Positions 37,460 through 46,145 of a stretch of DNA of 50,567 nucleotides are shown here, piece after piece. The position numbers and the translations under genes were made by a program. Under the pieces are notes generated by a model. The model was not told where the DNA came from, ran no database searches, and saw nothing but the letters and a program-made list of their open reading frames with translations. How positions within the stretch are numbered: the first letter of the stretch is position 1; each line of letters starts with the position of its first letter. Source of the stretch: Verrucomicrobiales bacterium (GTDB lineage Bacteria; Verrucomicrobiota; Verrucomicrobiia; Verrucomicrobiales; DEV007); assembly GCA_040263955.1 (NCBI GenBank), contig JBDQJG010000001.1, positions 1 through 50,567 on the forward strand. The letters are read 5' to 3'.

Positions 37460-38788
37460 CTACTCGGCGGAATCAGCCTCCCACTCGATCTTCACCCCCT
37501 TGGATCGCCAGCCCCTGGTGATGTCCTCGGCCAACTCGTCCCAGGTCCTGCCGTTACGCAGGGCCTCGAGGGCCTCTGCACCCTGCTTGCCCTCGCGCAG
37601 TGCCTTGAGAAAATTGGTAATCGCGACGCGATCGCCGTCCCCGTCGAGGTGGAAGAAATAGTAGGTCACCAGTGCCCCGACCCCGTAGTTGAGCTGCGCG
37701 TCACTTAAAAACCGGTCATATGACATCAGCATCCATTCGCGCAGCGGCAGCATGGAAATTTCATCGCCGAGCGCGCGCCCGCCTTTTTTGTCCTCACCAT
37801 AGGCCGTGACATATTCGACCAGCGACCGCCGGTTCGTCCTGACCTTGAAGGTTCCGCCACCCGGGTTATACGGCGTTATGCCGACATACTCTGCCAGGCC
37901 CTCGGTGAACCAGCCGAGCGAACCCGGCCGAAAATAACAGGAATCGGTAAGCTGGTGCGTAATCTCGTGTGGCAACGTCTTATTGCCCTTGTCATAGTCA
38001 AGCGTGTAGCCCTTACCGCTGCGCTCGACGCCGAGACTCTGCAAGGGCACCAGGATCACATCCCGACCGCCGATATACATGCCAGCTGAATCCGGAATGC
38101 CGCCGGCCCGCATATAATCGCTCACGGAACTGAACAACTCGATGCGCAGGCGCTCGCTTCGGCCGCCGGCAGTCCGCGGTTTCTGCATCGAGATCGGCAA
38201 AGCCTTGCAATACTCCAAGGTCGATTCGAAAAGCCGCGCGAAGCGCCGCACTACGATCGTTCCCAGCCGGGCGTCGCAGACGAACTCATAGTGTGGGCTG
38301 TGGTAAATGTATTGGTTTTTCTCAGCATCCTCCTTGACGACCGTCACCTCATTGTCATCAACAGAGATGCTATTCGGCCAGTCGTCATCCCAGTTGAGTT
38401 CTTCTCCGGCACCAGCATTCTCAGCCTCCAACCACGCGCGCACCCTTGCCTGGTCTGCATCCGAGAGCGTCGCGACCTCGATCGAGTAAACCTTGCCATC
38501 CGGCGTGCGCAGCTCGACCTCGGCCTCGGTGGCGGTCACAAGCTCGGCGGTGAGAGTCTGTCCCTTGCGATTGGTCCATTCCTCCGCCGCGCCGGCCACG
38601 CAGACCACCGGCAGACAAACGAACGCCAGCAGGATCCCCAAGCTCACCATCACGGAGCGCCGACAATCCATGACCGAAGCACGCGCTGCAGCGAGTCCGA
38701 GGACATGGACAATCCCCATGGTCGACCCCAAACCTGCCGCCTTGCGAACCGACCTGGAAACCAGAAGGGACAATTGCGCGCAGGGCAC
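37460..38788 (-). CDS. Secreted SHD1-domain protein with a DUF1570-like HExxH metallopeptidase domain.
   Basis: WTNRKGQTLTAELVTATEAEVELRTPDGKVYSIEVATLSDADQARV is SHD1-like. The zinc motif is HEITHQL. The GTG at 38788 lies 3 nt after the pilT stop. The best signal peptide starts at ATG 38671 (MDCRRSVMVSLGILLAFV). Confidence 0.6.
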   Translation of the reverse strand: MPCAQLSLLVSRSVRKAAGLGSTMGIVHVLGLAAARASVMDCRRSVMVSLGILLAFVCLPVVCVAGAAEEWTNRKGQTLTAELVTATEAEVELRTPDGKVYSIEVATLSDADQARVRAWLEAENAGAGEELNWDDDWPNSISVDDNEVTVVKEDAEKNQYIYHSPHYEFVCDARLGTIVVRRFARLFESTLEYCKALPISMQKPRTAGGRSERLRIELFSSVSDYMRAGGIPDSAGMYIGGRDVILVPLQSLGVERSGKGYTLDYDKGNKTLPHEITHQLTDSCYFRPGSLGWFTEGLAEYVGITPYNPGGGTFKVRTNRRSLVEYVTAYGEDKKGGRALGDEISMLPLREWMLMSYDRFLSDAQLNYGVGALVTYYFFHLDGDGDRVAITNFLKALREGKQGAEALEALRNGRTWDELAEDITRGWRSKGVKIEWEADSAE

Positions 38789-38791
38789 CGC

Positions 38792-39871
38792 TTAGAGTTC
38801 CCAGGATTCCGGTTCCCGATCGAGGAATGAAACAAACCGTCGCTTATTGATCGACTTCTCAAAAGCCTCCTCCGCGCCAATACGCCCGGCCTCCAGGTGG
38901 CTCATGATGGCATCGTCGAGCGGCATGTTGCCCTTCTTCTTCCCTACTTCGATCATGCCGGGAATCTGGTGAATCTTCCCGTCGCGAATGAGATTGGAAA
39001 TGGATGAATCGACGACCAGTACCTCGAGGGCCGCACACCGCCCCCCCTTGTCGACACGCTTGAACAGGTTCTGGGCGATGACACCTTTCAGGGAGTCTGA
39101 AAGACCCGATCGGATCTGGTTCTGCTGGCTTGCCGGGAAGACGTCGATCACCCGGTCGATCGTCTTGGCCGCATTGGGAGTGTGCAGGGTTCCGAACACC
39201 AGGTGACCTGTCATGGCGGCCTCCAGTGCCAGGCTGATGGTCTCCTGATCTCGCATCTCCCCCACCAGGATGATATCAGGGTCTTCCCGCAGAGCTCCAC
39301 GCAGCGCGCTGGCGAACGATTGCGTATGAATATGGACCTCCCGGTGGTTGATCAGCGACAGCTGGCTCTTGTGCACGAATTCGATCGGGTCCTCAATGGT
39401 CAGGATGTGGTCGGGTCGGGTCTTGTTCGCGTAGTCGATGATCGCCGCAAGCGTGGTCGATTTACCCGAACCGGTCGGGCCGGTCACCAGCACGAGACCG
39501 CGCTTGAGCCTGGCGAACTGCGCGAACGTGGGCGGCAACCCGAGATCCTCGAGCGTGAGAATCTCCGAGGGAATGGTCCGGAAGACGGCGGCGATACCAT
39601 ACTTCTGGTTGAAGAAGTTTACCCGGAAGCGCGCCTTGTCTTCATATTCATAACCGAAATCCACATCACCCGTCTCCTCGAACTGATCCTGCTTTTCCTT
39701 GGGGCAGATTTCGAACAGCATCTCCTTGAGAGACTCATGCTGCAGAATATCCGCATCGATCTCCTGCAAGTCGCCGCTGATCCGCAGCCTGGGAACATTA
39801 TTGGTAGCGAGGTGGAGGTCGGATGCGCCAGTATCGAGCATCGCCTGGAAATAAGCGTGGATTTGAGGCAT
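38792..39871 (-). CDS. pilT: Type IV pilus retraction ATPase PilT.
   Basis: The ATG at 39871 gives MPQIHAYFQAMLDTGASDLHL. Walker A is GPTGSGKST. TIEDPIEF and ILVGEMRD are also present. Confidence 0.9.
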   Translation of the reverse strand: MPQIHAYFQAMLDTGASDLHLATNNVPRLRISGDLQEIDADILQHESLKEMLFEICPKEKQDQFEETGDVDFGYEYEDKARFRVNFFNQKYGIAAVFRTIPSEILTLEDLGLPPTFAQFARLKRGLVLVTGPTGSGKSTTLAAIIDYANKTRPDHILTIEDPIEFVHKSQLSLINHREVHIHTQSFASALRGALREDPDIILVGEMRDQETISLALEAAMTGHLVFGTLHTPNAAKTIDRVIDVFPASQQNQIRSGLSDSLKGVIAQNLFKRVDKGGRCAALEVLVVDSSISNLIRDGKIHQIPGMIEVGKKKGNMPLDDAIMSHLEAGRIGAEEAFEKSINKRRFVSFLDREPESWEL

Positions 39872-40057
39872 AACCTTGACAGCTAGCAGTGATTTCAGCG
39901 CCGTCAAGACGACACGCTCGCAGTACTCCTTTCCGGGCCGGCTGCCAGTGGCCTGCGAAGACAAGCACCGACAGGGTCCAACCGCCGTTGCCACTGCTCT
40001 TGCCTCCGCGCCCGGCAGCCTCTACGCTCCTCCCCTATGGTGACCGGCGGCGGCAAA

Positions 40058-42583
40058 ATGACCCCGATGATGAAGCAGTACCACTCCCTCCGGAGTGAAT
40101 TGCCCCCGGATGTCCTGCTGCTGTTTCGCCTCGGTGACTTCTACGAGCTGTTCTTCGAGGATGCTCGTGAAGCAGCTGCCATCCTGGATGTTGCGCTGAC
40201 CAAGAGAAATGGTGTTCCCATGTGCGGCTTTCCATTCCACGCAGCGCAGGCCTACATCGCACGCATCATCAAGGCCGGCCGCCGGGTCGCCATCGGTGAA
40301 CAGGTTGGCGAAGCCATCCCTGGAAAAATCGTGCGGCGCGAGATCCGGCAGATCATCAGTGCGGGAACCGTCGATGATGTCAACCTGCTGGCAGCCGGGC
40401 GCGCCAACTACCTGGCCGCGGTGCATCACGAGCGCAGGCAGCGCTTCGGGCTCGCGCTGCTTGACCTGACCACCGGCGAATTCCGGGCCGCGGAATTCGC
40501 TACCCTCTCATCGCTTACAGACGAACTCGGCGCGCTTGCTGCGGCGGAGATCCTCCACGCCGATGATGCCCAGGACGTGTTCCACGCGATCGCTGATAAC
40601 CCGCACTCCATCACCTGCGACGCTTACACGTTCCTCTACGACCACGCCTCGCGAGTGCTCACCAACCACTTCGGTGTGCATTCGCTTGACGGCTTTGGTT
40701 GCTCTGAATTCGGTCCCGCCGTGGGAGCTGCGGGCGCCATCCTCGGCTACGTCACCGGACAACTCCGCCACGATGCCTCGCACGTTCGCTCACTGCGTGC
40801 CTACAGTCCCGAAGACTTCGTCCAGATCGACAGCTCCTCGCGCGCCAACCTCGACCTGATCGACTCGCGGGCCGGAGCGAAATTCTCGCTTTTGGCCGCG
40901 CTCGACCGAACCCGCACCCCAATGGGCGCCCGCCTGCTGCGCCAGTGGATCCTCCACCCGCTCCGCCAGGTGGCACCACTGGTGGCCAGGCAGGAAGTGA
41001 TCGCCTGCCTGCTCAAGGATCCGATCACGCTGGAGGAGCTACGCACGCAGTTCGACGGCATGCGCGACATCGAGCGCTGCCTTTCACGCCTGAGCCAGGG
41101 CTCGGGCACACCCCGCGACGTGCAATCCCTCGCACTGTCGCTGAGCCGTGTTCCCAGTCTTCGCGAGCAGCTGCTGGCCTGCCGGCCCACCCCCGCCCTC
41201 ACCGTGGAACTGGCCGAGTCGCTGCCCGACTTCACCGAGCTCGTCGAGCTGATCACCGGGGCGCTGGTCGAGGAACCACCCGCCCTGCTTCGCGATGGCG
41301 GCGTGTTCCGCGCAGGTTACAACACCGAACTCGATGAACTCCGGCAGGCATCCTCGCAAGGGAAACGGTGGATTTCAGACCTGCAGACGAGTGAGGCTGC
41401 ATCGACTGGAATCAAATCGCTTAAAATCAAGTACAACGCCGTTTTCGGCTACTTCATCGAGGTCACCAAGACCAACCTCTCGCTGGTTCCGGACACCTAC
41501 CAACGCAAGCAGACCACCGCCAATGCCGAGCGCTTCATCACGCCGGAACTCAAGGAGGTCGAATCGAAAGTTCTGGGTGCGGACGAGCGCGCCAAGGCGC
41601 TGGAAGCCACGCTCTTCACCGAACTGCGGGAGCAGATCCTCGAGCATCTTCCAGTAATCCAGGAAACCGCTGCCGCACTGGCCACCGTTGATGTTCTCTG
41701 CGGACTGGCCGAGACCGCGCGTCTCTACCGCTACTGCCGCCCGGTGCTCGATGACTCGCTCGATCTGGTGATCGAGGCAGGCCGCCACCCGGTCGTCGAG
41801 CAGGATGAAACCGCCGACGCCTTCGTGCCCAATGACGTGCTGCTTGAGCCGGAGCGCTCGCGACTGATCCTGCTCACCGGCCCGAACATGGCCGGCAAGT
41901 CGACCTACATCCGGCAGGTTGCGCTGATCACCCTGATGGCACAGATCGGCAGTTTTGTCCCCGCTGAGTCAGCAACCATTGGGCTGGCTGACCGCATCTT
42001 CACCCGCGTCGGTGCCAGCGACGACCTGGCCCGCGGGCAGTCGACCTTCATGGTCGAAATGAACGAGACCGCCCTGATCGTCAACACCGCCACCGAGCGT
42101 TCGCTGGTCATCCTGGATGAGATCGGCCGCGGCACCGCCACGTTCGACGGCCTGTCCATCGCGTGGAGTGTCGCCGAGCACCTGCACGACCGGATCCGCG
42201 CGCGCACCCTGTTCGCCACCCACTACCACGAACTCACCGCGCTGGCCTACGAATGCGAGGGAGTACGCAACTGCAACGTCGCAGTGCGCGAGTGGAATGA
42301 CGAGATCATCTTCCTGCGCAAGATCGTCGATGGCGCCGCCGATCGCTCCTATGGCATCCAGGTCGCGCGCCTCGCCGGCCTGCCCGACAGCATCATCCTG
42401 CGCGCCCGGCAGCTACTCTCTACGCTGGAAAAAGAGGCCGCAGATGCCGCTGCCAGCGCCCGTGCCACGAGACCGGAGGAATCGAAAGGATCCGGGGGCA
42501 GCCCGGAAAAAAAATCGCGGGCCGGCAAGAAGGCCGCCGACAAGGGCCCGCAAGACAACACCCAGCTCTCGCTGTTCTCGTGA
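40058..42583 (+). CDS. mutS: DNA mismatch repair protein MutS.
   Basis: MTPMMKQYHSLRSELPPDVLLLFRLGDFYELFFEDA, GPNMAGKSTYIRQ, STFMVEM and DEIGRGT. Confidence 0.95.
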   Translation: MTPMMKQYHSLRSELPPDVLLLFRLGDFYELFFEDAREAAAILDVALTKRNGVPMCGFPFHAAQAYIARIIKAGRRVAIGEQVGEAIPGKIVRREIRQIISAGTVDDVNLLAAGRANYLAAVHHERRQRFGLALLDLTTGEFRAAEFATLSSLTDELGALAAAEILHADDAQDVFHAIADNPHSITCDAYTFLYDHASRVLTNHFGVHSLDGFGCSEFGPAVGAAGAILGYVTGQLRHDASHVRSLRAYSPEDFVQIDSSSRANLDLIDSRAGAKFSLLAALDRTRTPMGARLLRQWILHPLRQVAPLVARQEVIACLLKDPITLEELRTQFDGMRDIERCLSRLSQGSGTPRDVQSLALSLSRVPSLREQLLACRPTPALTVELAESLPDFTELVELITGALVEEPPALLRDGGVFRAGYNTELDELRQASSQGKRWISDLQTSEAASTGIKSLKIKYNAVFGYFIEVTKTNLSLVPDTYQRKQTTANAERFITPELKEVESKVLGADERAKALEATLFTELREQILEHLPVIQETAAALATVDVLCGLAETARLYRYCRPVLDDSLDLVIEAGRHPVVEQDETADAFVPNDVLLEPERSRLILLTGPNMAGKSTYIRQVALITLMAQIGSFVPAESATIGLADRIFTRVGASDDLARGQSTFMVEMNETALIVNTATERSLVILDEIGRGTATFDGLSIAWSVAEHLHDRIRARTLFATHYHELTALAYECEGVRNCNVAVREWNDEIIFLRKIVDGAADRSYGIQVARLAGLPDSIILRARQLLSTLEKEAADAAASARATRPEESKGSGGSPEKKSRAGKKAADKGPQDNTQLSLFS

Positions 42584-42589
42584 GCTGAT

Positions 42590-42611
42590 TCGCAAGCCCA
42601 CTTGCTTGCGA
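42590..42611 (+). terminator. Stem-loop immediately after the mutS stop codon.
   Basis: TCGCAAGC-ccactt-GCTTGCGA forms an 8-bp perfect stem. No adjacent U-tract; a T6 run lies about 35 nt further, at 42647-42652. Confidence 0.3.
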
Positions 42612-42910
42612 CACGCACAAGACGGCCGCCGCTGAATCCAGGGGCCTTTTTTCCTCAAAGGAGTCCCGCTGGGGGGGGTATGAATGCGGTACTCCGTCGA
42701 CCTGCCCACCTGCCAACCTGCCCTCTACCTGCCTTGGAATCTGCTGCGGGGTTGGCATGTCTGTCCCGTTCTTCGGCGATTGCGCGGCGAAACTGTATCA
42801 CAAGGCATGGGTGGAAAACCGCCTGGGAATTCCGGCCTTTGCCTGCCTTCCAAGGCCGTCCTGCCAGGGAAGGTTTGAGCTCGTTGCTTCTGCCAGTCCT
42901 CATGCACGAA

Positions 42911-42949
42911 GGAAGCTCTGATGAATTCCGCCACTCGCCACATCGGATT
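42911..42949 (+). repeat. Copy 1 of a 39-nt imperfect direct repeat.
   Basis: GGAAGCTCTGATGAATTCCGCCACTCGCCACATCGGATT is 36/39 identical to 44457-44495. Confidence 0.85.
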
Positions 42950-43116
42950 GGATAGGTTTAGAGTTCGCGTCGCTGCGCTCCCGGATCAGTATTGAAGCCT
43001 TTCGGGTTGCCGCCCGCATCCAGCGTGGCTTTGTTGCTCGTTGGTCGAGGATGCTCATCCACTTCCACCTCGCGCCGCGCCACACAGAATTCGGACAGCA
43101 ATGGCGGGCAGCGCCT

Positions 43117-43136
43117 TTAATCAGAGCTTCCCTAAG
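43117..43136 (-). repeat. Partial inverted copy of the same repeat.
   Basis: TTAATCAGAGCTTCCCTAAG is the reverse complement of CTTAGGGAAGCTCTGATTAA. Compare CTAGGGAAGCTCTGATCAA at 44453-44471. Confidence 0.7.
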
Positions 43137-43166
43137 ACCAAAGAAGCAAAAAAGTCACATCTGCCC

Positions 43167-43220
43167 TTGCGTTGTGTATCACAGTTTGATACAGTAGACC
43201 TGTGATACAGGTTGATACAG
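43167..43220 (+). promoter_or_regulatory. Candidate sigma70-like promoter with an embedded operator array for the GntR-family gene.
   Basis: TTGCGT (43167-72), a 17-nt spacer, then TACAGT (43190-95). The palindrome TGTATCA-N5-TGATACA spans 43175-43193. TGATACAG recurs at 43187, 43203 and 43213, running across the GTG start at 43202. Confidence 0.45.
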
Positions 43221-43582
43221 AGAGCTCAGAATCGCTGATTGACCAGCTCGTGCGATCGATCAAGCAGGCCGTGGCATCCGGTCAGCTGAGTCCCGGGCAG
43301 GAACTACCCTCCGCGCGCCAGCTGAGCGGAGACCTTGATATTCACTGGAACACGGTTGCCCGCGCATACCGACAGCTGGCATCTGAGGGAATCCTCTTTG
43401 TTGCCCACGGCCGAAAGACCTGCGTGAGGAAAGGCGCCCTTCAATCGGATACCCCAAAGGCGGAGGCTATCAAAAACATTCAAGAGGGAATCCGAGATAT
43501 ACTCACGAGGGCACGCCTGGCTGGAGTGGATTTTCCTGCCGTATCAATGCTTCTAAAAGAAGAAATCTCCGCTTGGAAATAA
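43202..43582 (+). CDS. Small GntR-family (YtrA/YhcF-like) transcriptional regulator.
   Basis: 126 aa. SLIDQLVRSIKQAVASGQLSPGQELPSARQLSGDLDIHWNTVARAYRQLASEGIL is a GntR winged HTH with a short C-terminus. GTG start. Confidence 0.75.
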   Translation: MIQVDTESSESLIDQLVRSIKQAVASGQLSPGQELPSARQLSGDLDIHWNTVARAYRQLASEGILFVAHGRKTCVRKGALQSDTPKAEAIKNIQEGIRDILTRARLAGVDFPAVSMLLKEEISAWK

Positions 43583-43601
43583 CAACACCATATCTGAAAC
43601 C

Positions 43602-44456
43602 ATGTACTACTTTGAATTATTTTACGTGCTATCTCTGCCGGTTATCGAGTTCGCCGCTTTGAGAAAGCTCGAACGAGCAGAGACCGATAAGCTGAAAAAA
43701 GCTCTGAAATTCGGAAGATCACCTCTGTTCTTTGTCCTTTGCCTTCTCTTTGCTTTTGGAATGATTATCGGCATTCCTCAGCTCCTCGACTTTGAATTCA
43801 ACCCTCTTATCTTCTCAATTGGCTTACTCGCTTATTTTGCTTTCCATGCAATCTGGGCGAAGCCCCGCTGGGACCAACTGAAGACGAAAGTCGTTGACGA
43901 CGCCATGGTGCAGAGGGGACGCGGCGGGCAACGCGCTGCCGATCTCAGTGTCCGTAAACTCACTGATTATGCCCCCAGGTGGGCCCTGGCCTCGCCTTAC
44001 GTTCTCCTGTTTCTTGGGTTCCTGGCAGGTTTTCTCTTCAGTCCAGCTGCCACCTCTGAGGAGTCTCTCCACATCGACCTCGGAAACATGAATCTGTTTT
44101 TTCTCCTGATGGCTGGTATCATGACCCTTGTGCTCACCAAAATGATGGACACCAGGGTGAAGCAGCCGATCGACTGGCGCAGCGACGACCCGGCATCCTA
44201 CGCGGAAAAGGTCCATGCGAGTCTTCGGAAAATGGTCCGATGGTTATTAGTCGTCGAGGTGTTCTACGTCATCTCGGCAGTCACCGCACATCTTACATTT
44301 CCACATCTTCTGATGCCGGAAAAGGGCTTCCCAAATCCCATTCATTTCCGCCTCTTCAGCTCGGTCGTTTTCCTTGTTGTCGGCGTTGGGAGTATCTTTG
44401 CAAACCAACGCACACTTGCCCGGCTCGAAGAAGAACGGTGGACGACCCCCACCTAG
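43602..44456 (+). CDS. Hypothetical polytopic (about 7 TM) membrane protein.
   Basis: 284 aa with AT-richer codon usage. It starts 19 nt after the GntR stop. No family recognised. Confidence 0.55.
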   Translation: MYYFELFYVLSLPVIEFAALRKLERAETDKLKKALKFGRSPLFFVLCLLFAFGMIIGIPQLLDFEFNPLIFSIGLLAYFAFHAIWAKPRWDQLKTKVVDDAMVQRGRGGQRAADLSVRKLTDYAPRWALASPYVLLFLGFLAGFLFSPAATSEESLHIDLGNMNLFFLLMAGIMTLVLTKMMDTRVKQPIDWRSDDPASYAEKVHASLRKMVRWLLVVEVFYVISAVTAHLTFPHLLMPEKGFPNPIHFRLFSSVVFLVVGVGSIFANQRTLARLEEERWTTPT

Positions 44457-44495
44457 GGAAGCTCTGATCAATTCCGCCACCCGCCACATGGGATT
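44457..44495 (+). repeat. Copy 2 of the 39-nt imperfect direct repeat. It begins right after the TAG stop of the membrane gene.
   Basis: GGAAGCTCTGATCAATTCCGCCACCCGCCACATGGGATT. Confidence 0.85.
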
Positions 44496-44539
44496 CCTTT
44501 TTCAACCTCTGTCAGCGAAAAAAATTACGACAACGGATT

Positions 44540-44866
44540 ATGAAACCCAACTTGCTGATACTGCTCCTTATTTTGGTCGCCACCATTTCCTGTGACAACC
44601 GATCTGGTGAGAAACAGACTGGTGGCGGGCTCCGTATACAGATGAGAATCCCCACCTCCTCTACAGTGAAAGTCGGTGACATTTCACTTTCCGACTATCT
44701 TCTCAAGATCAGAGACAGCGAACTTGAAATCAACACGGATGCCGATTCAATCGTCGTAAAATTAATCGATGGTAATGGAACTGTGCGCATCCTTCCTCAA
44801 GATATAGAAGTTACGGTAGATGACTACCAGATCGCCAGTCCAGGACAGGCCTTGGAAGATCGCTGA
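44540..44866 (+). CDS. Small putative lipoprotein.
   Basis: MKPNLLILLLILVATISCDN has a lipobox-like ISC. 108 aa, AT-richer composition. Confidence 0.5.
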   Translation: MKPNLLILLLILVATISCDNRSGEKQTGGGLRIQMRIPTSSTVKVGDISLSDYLLKIRDSELEINTDADSIVVKLIDGNGTVRILPQDIEVTVDDYQIASPGQALEDR

Positions 44867-45018
44867 CGGCCCGGCGGTTGCTGCGGCCTCGGTCTGGCGA
44901 CACGCGCATACATCCCTGCGGCCCCGGTCCGATGTCGATGGAGGGGCGAGGCACGGAGCCTGTAGGCCGGGGTCCATGTTGCGCTACGAACCGCATGGTG
45001 GATGTGCCGGCGGATCGC

Positions 45019-46029
45019 TCAGCCCCGAAAATCCAGCAGCACCTTGCCGCCCAGGCCGCCTTCGCGCGCGCGATCCAGCGCCGCCTTGACCTCGGCGAAA
45101 GGGAAGCGCTCGACCACCGGCAGCCGCAGATCGCCCTCCGCCATCGCGGCGGCCGCCTCGCCAAGCACCTCGTGATACTCCTCGGCGGTATGCTCGCGGA
45201 TCCACCGGGTCAGCCAGAACCCCTCCAACCGCAGTCCCTTGAAGAGCAGCAACCCGGTCGGCACCTTGAGCGGTTTGCGCCCCATCGCACCGTAGGTGAG
45301 CAGCGTCGCCTTCTCCCCGAGAAGGTTCATCACCCGCAGGGCGCTGTCACCACCCACGCCGTTCAAACCAAGCACGCCGCGGCGCTCACCCAGCGCCTCG
45401 CGCGCCTCGTCGAGGCCCTCCTTCGAATCGATGAACACCCGGTCGGCCGCCGCGCCCGCCGCCACGCACTGCTCGCGCGCCCGCTCGCTGCGCACCAGGC
45501 TGAGCACGTCGATGCCAAGCCGCCGCCCCAGCCCGATAACTGACAGCCCCACGTTCGAGTTGCCGAGGTTCTGAACTACCATGCTGCCCGGCACCGGAGG
45601 CCCGTAACGATGCAGCATCATCCACGCGGTCGGGGGATTGACCTTCAGCATGGCCCCCTGCTCGGGATCGATCCCGAGGGGCAGGACGAACACCTGGGAC
45701 AGCGGCAACACCTGCAACTGCTGCCAGCATCCGGCCCCGGAAAGAATCGCCACCCGGTCACCCACCCGCAGGTCGGTCACACCTGCACCCACCTCGACCA
45801 CCTCGCCGCTTCCCTCCATGCCGGCCGCGGCAGGAAAGGCCGCAGGCTTGAGCCCGTAGGTGCCCTCGATGTAATTGAAATCGGCCGGGTTGATCGGCGC
45901 ATGCAGCAGCCGCACCAGCACCTCGCCCGGGCCCGGCGAGGGCGGCTCACAGACCTCGATTTCCGCCCGCTCGACCGGATCCCCGAACTCCCTGAAGACT
46001 ACGCTGCGGGACTCTTGCATCGCCGACAC
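45019..46029 (-). CDS. MDR-superfamily NAD(P)H-dependent quinone/enoyl reductase-like oxidoreductase.
   Basis: [19 protein letters not shown] and [12 protein letters not shown] are present, with a Rossmann region in the middle. Confidence 0.8.
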   Translation of the reverse strand: MSAMQESRSVVFREFGDPVERAEIEVCEPPSPGPGEVLVRLLHAPINPADFNYIEGTYGLKPAAFPAAAGMEGSGEVVEVGAGVTDLRVGDRVAILSGAGCWQQLQVLPLSQVFVLPLGIDPEQGAMLKVNPPTAWMMLHRYGPPVPGSMVVQNLGNSNVGLSVIGLGRRLGIDVLSLVRSERAREQCVAAGAAADRVFIDSKEGLDEAREALGERRGVLGLNGVGGDSALRVMNLLGEKATLLTYGAMGRKPLKVPTGLLLFKGLRLEGFWLTRWIREHTAEEYHEVLGEAAAAMAEGDLRLPVVERFPFAEVKAALDRAREGGLGGKVLLDFRG

Positions 46030-46145
46030 TGTCGCGCTCAGCCGCTTCCTGTCTACTACCGGCTCACCGCAGCGTGCCGGTGGTGTTTATGCCCGTTGGC
46101 GCTTTCCCCGCTGGCCAATCCGACCGATGCGGCTATTCTATATTC

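Noticed and set aside
42602-42955. 117-aa and neighbouring small ORFs in the mutS-GntR gap. These include two minus-strand ORFs that both begin MWRVAE(F/L)IRAS.
   Set aside because: The shared peptide is just the 39-nt DNA repeat read in one frame, and the sequences diverge immediately afterwards. The second ORF is antisense to the membrane gene. The translations are not protein-like.
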